From an uncultured Chloroflexia bacterium (GTDB taxonomy: Bacteria > Chloroflexota > UBA6077 > JACCZL01): a stretch of 64,000 nt of DNA. Where the stretch lies: NCBI GenBank assembly GCA_963765765.1, contig CAVXYC010000020.1, forward strand, positions 160,001-224,000, written 5' to 3'. Both the position numbers and the translations under genes were made by a program. Shown in pieces: positions 1 to 8,637 of the stretch. The notes under the pieces were generated by a model. It saw only the letters and a list, made by a program, of their open reading frames with translations. It was not told the DNA's origin and made no database searches. How positions within the stretch are numbered: position 1 is the stretch's first letter; every line of letters begins with the position of its first letter.

Positions 1-74
1 AGGCACCGGGCTCCGCTTAGACAGGAAGCAGACTTACGGGCGTTAATCAGACGCCACCCGGCCCCGGTGCGATT

Positions 75-232
75 CTAGCCCGTGGAGATGGCTCGACGAA
101 TCAACTCAGCCGCCTCAGCACCGTGCTCATTCAATGCATGAGCATAGATGCTCACGGTAATCTGCGGGCTGACATGACCGGGAGTGCTGACACAGCGGTG
201 AAGGGGAGTCCCTTCCCGAGGAGCAGCGAGGC
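75..232 (-). pseudogene. Tyrosine integrase C-terminal remnant, copy 1
   Basis: Across one frameshift the minus strand reads ASLLLGKGLPFTAVSAL/GHVSPQITVSIYAHALNEHGAEAAELIRRAISTG*. This matches the box II tail of phage-type integrases (LGH...IT...Y, catalytic Tyr). The upstream integrase body is absent. Confidence 0.85.
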
Positions 233-407
233 CTAGAAGATGGCCCGAAAGATCCCGATGACCAGGCCGCCGGCGAGACCGGAGGATCGCAAGGACGAGC
301 ATCAGGACTTGCAGCACCAACTGTACGACTGACCGCACGATCTGAGCGACGAGCTCTGCGATCGTCCGAGCGATCTCAGGCACTGAGTGGGAAGGGCGAT
401 CGATCAT
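233..407 (-). CDS. Small (~58 aa) hydrophobic membrane protein with an apparent indel near 280
   Basis: AGGAGG RBS precedes ATG 407. The ORF reads MIDRPSHSVPEIARTIAELVAQIVRSVVQLVLQVLMLVLAI and continues in a shifted frame as SGLAGGLVIGIFRAIF* (TAG 233-235). Confidence 0.55.
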
Positions 408-632
408 CGGGTCCTCCTATATGACCGGGGCATGCCCGCCCTCCCGTGGGACAAGCATACATGCCTCGGCCGGGGACTCTAACAGAATCTATACCGTCCA
501 AACAGCAGTGCGATCTCCGTGATTCCCTCTTCCCTCGGCTCTCCGAGAGTTGTGCCAGTCTTCGGCGGCTGAGGAGTGGGCTCCCCAACGAAGACATTGA
601 GCGGTTCGAAACTCAAATCGGTGGTCCGGAGG

Positions 633-792
633 CTAAACCCTCCTGAGGGCGCTGTAATGGGCGCTGTCGGCCTTCAGGGCCCTGGACATTTCATGCGCAG
701 CTTGCTGGTCCTGTTGGCCAATGCATGGGCATCGACCCCATCGTGATCTGTGGGCTGGCGTGGCCCAGGCGGGCCGATACAGCGGTTACATG
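633..792 (-). pseudogene. Tyrosine integrase C-terminal remnant, copy 2
   Basis: Reads HVTAVSARLGHASPQITMG, then after frameshifts AHAL..QDQQAAHEMSRALKADSA. Positions 742-762 match copy 3 (3244-3264) at 20/21 nt. Confidence 0.85.
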
Positions 793-1097
793 ACGTTGAT
801 CTGGCCCGAAGCGGAACGAGACGTTGCCCCGACGGGAAGCACCCGTACTGCTGTGCGGTCCGGAGCCGTAACGCCCGGCACGTTGGATGCTTTCGTGCGC
901 CAACAGCTTGCCGAGAATCCCGAACTATACTGCCCGCACTCGCAGCTCCGGGAGCCCGTGCCCGCTCTACTTGACCCAAGCCCCAAGTTAGAACCACCTT
1001 CACATTCGCAGCCAGCGAACCACCTTTCGCGCCAATTACTGAGCGACGTTCGAATCCGCGCATTGGCCTTAGTCCCGACTGCTCCACGTGCTTTTGC

Positions 1098-2750
1098 CTA
1101 ATGGTATTTCCAACCATTCACAGTCATGCCAATACGGTTGCTGCCGACACCAGAAGCGCTGTTCCGATCCACAACGTCAGCCAAGCACCGTGTCATTTGA
1201 ATAGTGCGCCAACCTACTTCCGAAAATGTGTCCGGGCGAAAAACATGTTCAGAAAGCAAAGGGTTTGTGAACGCTTGGGAAAATGCGTCTAAAGCGACCA
1301 TCCGACTAATTAGTGGAGGCAGGGGAGTATTAGCGTCTGGATCTTCCGCGAAAAGTCCGATGTAAAACTCGATACTATCCACGTTGGGATAATTCTGAGC
1401 GAGAAACTCCACCACTCTCTTGTTCTTTGAGATATCGGAGAACTTTTTAGGCCTCTGTAATGAAACATATTCGCGATAGTTTGCGTACGAATCGAGTCTA
1501 CATAGTCGCCCCTGTTCAATTGCCTTCACTTCGAGACCAATAAGCGCCTCTGCTGTATTGAAGGGGCCGAGTCGCCCAGCCTTCTGAGAGCTGATACCAG
1601 CGAATGCCCCAACGAGTCCTGCACTCAGCAACAGTTGATTGTTCATAAACGTTGTCGCCACAGGGTGGGGAGTCCCGCTCCAAGTAATAGTATCTGGAAC
1701 TAGGGAATGCCAGCGGTAAAGCAAGCTGAATTCCGCAGTAATCCAGTTTGGCTTATTCCAAGCCGCGTTCCACGCAATGGACGGGTCAGCGTGAAGCTCA
1801 AATGGAATTCCTGATATGTGGTTGATATATTCTTCAACAACTATCTTGATAAATAGCACTATTACTGTATTCCGGGCCGTCTGAAATACTCGCTCATCGT
1901 CCCAGTTAGGGTTCGACATCGCCAGTTCCGCGGCGACACGGTTGTGCTCTCGCAAAAATAATGTGTTTATCATTGCCACTTGCGGAGCGCCGTTTACGCG
2001 ATCACCACCGGCAGCGAATATATTGGCACGGTACTCTATAGGGCAATTATCAATTCCAAGTGGTACGTCTAATTCATTGAACTCGCTCTTCGTCGTTACT
2101 CCATCAGACTCAAACAAAAATGGTGAATATTCCTCTCCAGATATGATCTGGGACTTCAACCGACCTTTAAGTTCTGCATTAGTGGAGTTGACGCGAAGTT
2201 GTTGCGTTTGCCTTTCGTTTCTTCCGTATAGCGTGCAAAGGTCAATATTATGGTTAGATGTATTCTGCCTTCGTAACGGGTCATCCTGTTCGCCTTTACT
2301 TGTATTGGGCATTTTGGTACGTATAAAGCCATCGGTAAGATACTGAGCAAATGCTGGGAACAGGCACGTTGACTTGCTTGAAAGAACTTGACCATCGTCA
2401 GTTCTAAGAAAGAATCCTTTTAAAGATTCTGCTCTGGGAAGGTCTTGTAGATCCGCCGCCGGTAAATGACGAGCCATCCAAAGCTGGTTTGTTAAGGAGG
2501 TCCAAGAAACATAATCGTGAGCCGTGCTCCAAGGATGGGGCCGGTGTCTAGAAACGTTAATTGCCTCGTTTATAGCCAGTTTGTTAACTATTCGGCTAAG
2601 CCATGGCGAACGGTTGGCCAGAATCGCAATGGGTCGCTGAACGAATGGGGGAATGTAGTTAAGCACTGGGTCCTCCTGTATGCCGTCAGTGAACGAACCG
2701 CTAATGCGAGGATCGATGCAGTAGGATGGTATTCTTGGATCGTTTCGCAT
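1098..2750 (-). CDS. Animal-type heme peroxidase / cyclooxygenase-like fatty-acid dioxygenase
   Basis: Motifs FAQYLTD, IDLCTLYG, GGDRVN, LFLREHNR, FQTAR, KIVVEEYI and EFSLLYRWH (the COX-type Tyr/proximal His segment). Visibly more AT-rich than the rest of the window. Confidence 0.9.
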   Translation of the reverse strand: MRNDPRIPSYCIDPRISGSFTDGIQEDPVLNYIPPFVQRPIAILANRSPWLSRIVNKLAINEAINVSRHRPHPWSTAHDYVSWTSLTNQLWMARHLPAADLQDLPRAESLKGFFLRTDDGQVLSSKSTCLFPAFAQYLTDGFIRTKMPNTSKGEQDDPLRRQNTSNHNIDLCTLYGRNERQTQQLRVNSTNAELKGRLKSQIISGEEYSPFLFESDGVTTKSEFNELDVPLGIDNCPIEYRANIFAAGGDRVNGAPQVAMINTLFLREHNRVAAELAMSNPNWDDERVFQTARNTVIVLFIKIVVEEYINHISGIPFELHADPSIAWNAAWNKPNWITAEFSLLYRWHSLVPDTITWSGTPHPVATTFMNNQLLLSAGLVGAFAGISSQKAGRLGPFNTAEALIGLEVKAIEQGRLCRLDSYANYREYVSLQRPKKFSDISKNKRVVEFLAQNYPNVDSIEFYIGLFAEDPDANTPLPPLISRMVALDAFSQAFTNPLLSEHVFRPDTFSEVGWRTIQMTRCLADVVDRNSASGVGSNRIGMTVNGWKYH

Positions 2751-3129
2751 GGCGTGTCAAGACCCATTTAGGCGGCACGCGCTGAGCGATCGTCCCTGGG
2801 GAAGCACGTTTCTCTCGAACTCGGGAAACGTCCCCCCGCACAGCCGCAAGGTGTATGGGAACCTGGAGATCGGTGGTCGATGTTGTGCGTTCGACCACAA
2901 CCAGGCGGGCGAACCGGTTCAGAAACAAGTGGGACAGTCATTCAAGCGCTAGTGAATCGCGTTTGGGTGCTCCACGCATGTTCTATGGGCGGCCGCTCAG
3001 TGATCGGCAATGACACTCGGGCATCTTTGACCAAGTCCCATGTCGCCAGGGAGTCCAGCAAATCCAGTGTTGTGGATTACTGCGATTTCAGCGTGCTCCC
3101 TGGGGGTTGCGTTTCCGTGGAGTCGTGAT

Positions 3130-3273
3130 TCAATTTTCGCAGCGGCACGGCAGATCGACCCTTACCGTTTTCGCAACGAAGCTGCCGATCAACTCGGGGG
3201 CTTCGGCAGCGTGCTCCTTCAGCGTCTGGGCGTAAATGCTCAACGTGATTTGTGGGCTGGCGTGCCGAAGGTC
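3130..3273 (-). pseudogene. Tyrosine integrase C-terminal remnant, copy 3
   Basis: Reads DLRH-ASPQITLSIYAQTLKEHAAEAPELIGSF...*. The DLRH motif is joined directly to the segment after LGH, implying an internal deletion. The tail is homologous to copy 1 (EHGAEAAELI). Confidence 0.8.
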
Positions 3274-3350
3274 GCTACTTGCTATTGGATAGGAGCCGCA
3301 CTTCGGGGCGATCGCATTTGCAACCGCATGTCAGTCTGCGTCGATTTGGT

Positions 3351-4589
3351 TCAGCCACTTGTGGCGGGCAATGGGAACTTGAACCGCCTCGCCTGACTGG
3401 TGATCCATGAGGTGATGCCATTTGGAGTCAATGCTTCGTCGACCGAAAAGAGATAAGCCGCCGGTGACGCTCGGAACATTGCGTCTCTCTTCTTTTGTGC
3501 ATCTCGGTACACGGGCAACAAACTGAAGGCCAGCGATCCTACACCCAGCAGCGCGCTCGAAATAGGGTCTCCCGTGGAAATGTGGAGCAGCTTTTCGGCG
3601 CTTGTGAACAAGGCCGGGGCTGCCACACTCACGTTCAGCGCACTTTGAACCACGTCGACACCTTGCGACCGCAAGCTCTCACGCAGTGTTTCCTGCTGGT
3701 CCCGTAGCGCCTCGGCCTCCACTTCCAGACGTGTCTGAAGCTCGGCGTGGCTGGTCACCCCGTCGAGCCAGGCCATGTTGCCGACCCGCTCGTGAATGTG
3801 CGTTCGAAACGCCACAAGCTCTTCTCTCCGGCGCTCTCGCAGCTGGAGCAAATTCTCCACCGATACGTCCGCAATGTTCTTTGGAACGACGGCTTGAATG
3901 GCAAGCGAGGCGAGCTGAGCTTCCACTTCGCGGTGCGTCGGAGTATCTCCAACGAGGTTAGCTCCTTCGAGCAGCGCCTGCGCCAGGCGCTCCACGGAGC
4001 AGCCCGAGATTCCGAGATGGTTCACGGTCTCGTCGGTGGTGGGAATCAGCCGGTCCTGATCATCCAGCCCAGGACTAGCAGTGCACATTTCCTCCGCGAG
4101 TTTGGCTACATAGACGGTGGCGAGCTTTGGTGGCACTGCCAGCCATCGTCTCTTCGAGCCAGCATCAAAATAGGGCTGGGCGAGAAAGCGTTGTTGAAGG
4201 GCTTCCGCCAGTTCCTCAGAAAGCTTTTCTTCCGCCAGGACGTAGCCCATCCTCGGGTCCGGCTGCGGCGCACTGGGTGGGATAAAAATCCCTTGTCGTC
4301 GGGGCAGTGCATCCGACGGTCGATCCTTGAAATACTGGCTGAGTGCATCACCGTGCTCATGCACAAGCTGGACGAAGCTCTGTCCGACCCGCTTCATGGC
4401 TGTGGGATCCGGCGGGAAGTCACGGATAAAGCCAGCGTCCTTCAACAGTCGGACGGTCTCTGAATCCTCCGTTGGATGGTCGGGAGGGACGATGCGAGCA
4501 AGCTTGTCCCAGTACAGCGTCGCCAGCTTGACCCACCGATCGTCCTGGAAGTGCATAAACGGGTGGTAGAGGCCGATGAATGTCGCCAC
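3351..4589 (-). CDS. DUF6236-like hypothetical protein
   Basis: 412 aa ORF with a GAGG RBS. The N-terminus IGLYHPFMHFQDDRWVKLATLYWDKLARIVP and the C-terminal SPAAYLF resemble DUF6236 as I recall it. Confidence 0.6.
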   Translation of the reverse strand: MATFIGLYHPFMHFQDDRWVKLATLYWDKLARIVPPDHPTEDSETVRLLKDAGFIRDFPPDPTAMKRVGQSFVQLVHEHGDALSQYFKDRPSDALPRRQGIFIPPSAPQPDPRMGYVLAEEKLSEELAEALQQRFLAQPYFDAGSKRRWLAVPPKLATVYVAKLAEEMCTASPGLDDQDRLIPTTDETVNHLGISGCSVERLAQALLEGANLVGDTPTHREVEAQLASLAIQAVVPKNIADVSVENLLQLRERRREELVAFRTHIHERVGNMAWLDGVTSHAELQTRLEVEAEALRDQQETLRESLRSQGVDVVQSALNVSVAAPALFTSAEKLLHISTGDPISSALLGVGSLAFSLLPVYRDAQKKRDAMFRASPAAYLFSVDEALTPNGITSWITSQARRFKFPLPATSG

Positions 4590-4712
4590 GGTTCCTCTTT
4601 CTCCGACGTGCCGCCGGTCACGTGCTCAGATTAACTCGGTGAGAGACCTTCCGAAATCGCCGAGCTGGCCTTGCTACATCAATTGCCACAGAGTAGCAAT
4701 TGAGAAGCTGAG

Positions 4713-5121
4713 TCAGGTTCGCGCACGTGCGGACCGCCTTGCATGTGTACGTTCCATCCGGCCAATTTGCCAATCAACACGTGGCCCCGAGCTGCTGTCA
4801 CCTTCCTGAGCGCGCAATATGTATGGCTGTTGTGGAATGCGCCAGCACACCAGTGGTTTGCGGAACCGTTCGATGATCCACGCCTCGCCCTGGACAGTCG
4901 GCTGCTCTTCCGTGCGCTCGTGGATCCAGCCGAACGGGCTCGCGGAGATCTCGAACTGCCCATGTGCGTCAGGAGCCCCTCGAACGAAAACGCTCAGTGG
5001 CGAAGTGAGCAAACGCCATTGAGTGAGTGCACCGACGATGAACTGGCGGTACAGATCGATTTCAAACTCACTCGACGGAATTTTGGGCTTCAGAAAGTTG
5101 CGCACGCGCCGTGCGGTCATG
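4713..5121 (-). CDS. Hypothetical protein (~135 aa)
   Basis: Strong GAGGAGG RBS just upstream of the ATG at ~5120 (MTARRVRNFLKPK...). No family recognised. Confidence 0.5.
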
Positions 5122-5488
5122 GTTGTCCTCCTCTGAGGAGGTCCATCGACACGCGGAACCGGGCCAACCATTGCACCAGCCGGAGAATCGCAGTTATGCC
5201 TAGTACGCACTGAAGTCCGAAGCGGTTCGTCACGATCTGTCAACGCGGACATGAAGCCCGTGGAGCCATCACAGAGGCCTACCACCTCGAGTGCCAATGA
5301 GCAGCATTTGTGTGATCGACGTCTAGGTCAAGGTCAAGTATCTATCCAAGTTAACAGCGGTCAACCTCCCCGGGGGACTACTCACATGGTGCGATCAGCG
5401 AGTGCATCTCGTGAGGTGATCTCGTACAGGCCGATGTGCCGTGAGGACGTCGTGGCGGGTGCGGTGACCGAGCCACGGGCGGTCTCAG

Positions 5489-6100
5489 TCAGGCGACAGA
5501 TACTCGCGCGGAGCGTCGAGAGAATGCGCTGACCAACGCGGCGGCAAACAGAAGTATCAGGTAGATCGAGTACTCCAGCTCAACGTTACGGCTTGACACG
5601 GGCCAAAAGAGGGACACGCCGCTGGTTGCAAGGTCGCGGAGCAAATGCGTTGCTACACCGAAGGCGATGGTCAGGATGAGCTCACGATGCCGGCCGCGGC
5701 TGATAATGGCTATGCCGACCATGACGACGATCGTCGCCAGAGAGTGCGAATAAGGACGCCTGGTCCCTTCGGTGAATACTCCCCAGCCGAAGATCTCCGA
5801 AGGGATGTGATCGACGTCAATCAGAACGCCGCCAGACAAGGCGGCAACGATCAATGGGGCCGATACTCGTCGTTGCAGTATTGCCATGACCCCGAGGAAT
5901 AAGACCATCGTCGTTGCGCTGTGTCCAGTCTCATCGAGGACGGCTTCGACCCAGCGCGGCCACGATCCACTTCGGAGAATCACGTCTATGACAGACGGGA
6001 TAAGAACCAACACGAGAGAGACCCACGGCGCTTCGAACAGCCGTCGAAATCCGTCAACCTTGATTGCGCGTGCAGGGGAAGGATTGCTGGAAAGGGCCAT
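5489..6100 (-). CDS. Membrane-bound metal-dependent hydrolase (YdjM/DUF457-like)
   Basis: DETGH, DVDH, RPYSHSL and HLLRD motifs, with several TM segments. Confidence 0.8.
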   Translation of the reverse strand: MALSSNPSPARAIKVDGFRRLFEAPWVSLVLVLIPSVIDVILRSGSWPRWVEAVLDETGHSATTMVLFLGVMAILQRRVSAPLIVAALSGGVLIDVDHIPSEIFGWGVFTEGTRRPYSHSLATIVVMVGIAIISRGRHRELILTIAFGVATHLLRDLATSGVSLFWPVSSRNVELEYSIYLILLFAAALVSAFSRRSARVSVA

Positions 6101-6345
6101 GAGACGGGGAATGCTAACGCTTCCGAATTCTTATTGGCGGAGCGGACATCGCGTTGCTGTAACGCTGATGTATCACCACGGACACGTTGCCCGCCCACGA
6201 TGAGCTCAGCATTCTGACTCTGCATCACCTCGACCATGCAACCGGCGCCGTCTATACAGGCGGCATAGTCTAGGCTAGAGGCATACCTGGCGACATGATA
6301 GGCAAGTCACATCATTAAGCGAGAGCAGTTCCTGCGAGAGTATTG

Positions 6346-7128
6346 GTGACCGAGCACATCATTGGCCCGCTGTACTGGGAACGGCTGGGCAAGATTGGTC
6401 GCCCTATGCTTCTTGTGCATCCCAATCCGTACGACCGGTCGGCATGGCTGTTCCAGATGGCCCATTTCTCCACCTGGTTTCAGACCATCGCGGTTGACTT
6501 GCCGGGGTTTGGGCGGTCGCCGACGGCCACGGCTGGACTGACGATGGCGGAGGTCGCTGAAGCCTGCTGGGATACGCTAGATGAGGTCAGTACAGACGCA
6601 GCGATTCTGGTGGGATGCTCTACGGGCAGCACAGTTGTGGCTCACATGGCGGCGCAGCGTCCGGAGCGCACGCTCGCGCTGATACTGCCTGGAGCCGGCT
6701 ACCGACCAGTCAAAAACGGCGTACTCGAGAATCTGGCGCATTACGAGAACGACGGCCTGGTTTACCGCAAGGAACACGCGCCTGTGAATTTCAGTGCCGA
6801 GTTTCGCGCGACCCCGCTCGCCCGGTACTTCTTACGCCTTTTTCTGGAGCGTGACAGCTCCGCGGACATTGACACCATCGTCAATCTGCTCAAAGCTACG
6901 AGCCAGCCAGACCCCGACGATCTGCACGCGCGCATCTCAGCGCCGACGTTGATCATCAGCGGCACGGAAGACAATACTCGCCTGCCGTCTTTTGAGCTCC
7001 ACAAGCGCATTGCCGGATCCGAGCACGTCAGCATCCAGGGCGCGGGCCATGCGTGCTTCATGGAGCAGCCGTGGGAGGTTGATGCTCAGATCATCGAATT
7101 CCTGCGGCGCCACGGTCTCTTGGAATGA
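6346..7128 (+). CDS. Alpha/beta hydrolase
   Basis: DLPGFGRS, nucleophile elbow GCSTG, GTED and GAGH motifs. Confidence 0.9.
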   Translation: MTEHIIGPLYWERLGKIGRPMLLVHPNPYDRSAWLFQMAHFSTWFQTIAVDLPGFGRSPTATAGLTMAEVAEACWDTLDEVSTDAAILVGCSTGSTVVAHMAAQRPERTLALILPGAGYRPVKNGVLENLAHYENDGLVYRKEHAPVNFSAEFRATPLARYFLRLFLERDSSADIDTIVNLLKATSQPDPDDLHARISAPTLIISGTEDNTRLPSFELHKRIAGSEHVSIQGAGHACFMEQPWEVDAQIIEFLRRHGLLE

Positions 7129-7132
7129 TTCG

Positions 7133-8195
7133 GTGAACGTGCCTGGATCCGCAAACTGGCACGACCTCGCCTGGTGGACCGATCAGCTCGGGGGCGTCGG
7201 AATTGCCGATCCAGAGTTATGCAACCACCGGATCACGCTTGCGCACTACGAGCTCTCTCAAGCGCTCGGTGCCGCAATCGGAGCGACCGCCCGGCGCCAA
7301 CTTTCACACTTGGGCTGTGTGGGGCTCCTGGAAAGCCGGTACCACGATTCGACAGCAGGATGTCCCTCATTTGGGCATGTGCACCATATCCCTTGGCAGC
7401 GTGGTCGGTGCTTCACTGGCCGGAGGACTGCTCAATCCTGGCGTTCATCGCCGGGTGTTGGGCGTCGCCGCAGCGCTCGGGGGCATGCTGACTGCGAATC
7501 TGGTGACGAATCGCTTGCTGCGTCGCGCTTCAAGCATGGTGCTGGAAGGTAACCGCCTGGTCCTGATCGACATCGGCTCCGCTACCGCGCGCTATCTATC
7601 CATGCTCGGCCCACTTGATGCACCCGACAGCGAGCTGATGAACGCGTTTCTCGGAACGCTGCGGCCGGGCCCTGCTATTGACCGCGGCCAAGACCTCCTG
7701 CGAGACGCCTTTCTAAATTACGATGCTGCCCGCTGGGAAACTGATCCAGATCGACAACACGAGTACATGCTGCTTGCGAATCTTCAGGCGATCCTGCACG
7801 AGCACATGCGACTGGAGCCGTATATCGACGCGGCAGTACCCTCTCCGTTACGTCGACTCGTAACCACTCGTTTACTGAGCTTTCAGGTCGGGCTCTCTCG
7901 GCCAAGCGTCGGCACCAATGTTGGCTCGCCTGGCACCGATCCATACCCGGCCACACTCGGAACACTGGAGAACCCAGCGCTCGTAGAGATGCTCAACGGC
8001 GCCTCAGGATGGGACCGCACACTCAATCAGCTTACTGGCAGCGCAGCACGAGACTGGACAAAGCTGGCTCAGCGCATGAACTACATTACTGACCTGTTCC
8101 GCTCGCGGCACCTGGATCGAGCGGTGTTCCAGTGTCTGTTCAGCGCGATCGAAATGGCCCAGCTCCGCCGGGGACAGGTGCCGGATTCCCTGTGA
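7133..8195 (+). CDS. Conserved uncharacterised protein (frameshift ~7290)
   Basis: An N-terminal frame (NHRITLAHYELS) joins a frame containing ANFHTWAVWGS..AG.TIR, GN.LV..DIG, HEHMRLEP and DW..L..RM..I..LFR. Confidence 0.6.
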
Positions 8196-8375
8196 TATAG
8201 AACGCTGAGCTTCGCGGTCAAGCCGTAGCGAGAGACGGTGCTCCCATATCGTCAAGTTAGGCAATGGTTGAGACGTGGCGACGGAACGGCTATCGAGGTC
8301 GCGACTCGGAAATTCTCTTATTAGTCATGCGGGAACTAAGCATCTCTGCTCGCGCTCGTCTGATCAAGCGTCCTT

Positions 8376-8458
8376 GTCAACCTGAGCGTCTAGCGAAGGA
8401 TTTTTTATCGGTCTCACGGACCCCTCCGGAAGATCCTTCGCTAGACGCTCAGGTTGAC
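8376..8458. repeat. REP-like inverted repeat (GTCAxCCTGAGCG..AGCGAAGGAT family), copy A
   Basis: 26-bp perfect arms at 8376-8401 and 8433-8458. Same family as 53855-53943. Confidence 0.9.
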
Positions 8459-8637
8459 GAGGAATTCTTGACGTTGCCTAGCGAAGGAGGACAAGGAGGA
8501 CAATGGCGTCTGAGATGGTGAATGACTCCATCTCATTACGTGCTCAGGAATCCAGGAACGGAAAAAGGCCTTCCCCCCACTCGATCGGAGTGGTCAGGAA
8601 AGCCTTCAGAGTCGACCGGCACGTCGATTTCTCTAAA

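Noticed and set aside
75-407. 110-aa ORF as a single real protein
   Set aside because: It is a chimera of the small membrane gene and integrase tail 1, joined by frameshifts.
600-635. tRNA-derived att site (GGTTCGAA; TCCGGAGGC shared with the tRNA-Arg)
   Set aside because: The matches are 9 bp or shorter and there is no cloverleaf; chance level.
1-5300. Classical integron cassette array
   Set aside because: No IntI gene and no RYYYAAC...GTTRRRY attC hairpins were found after the cargo stop codons.
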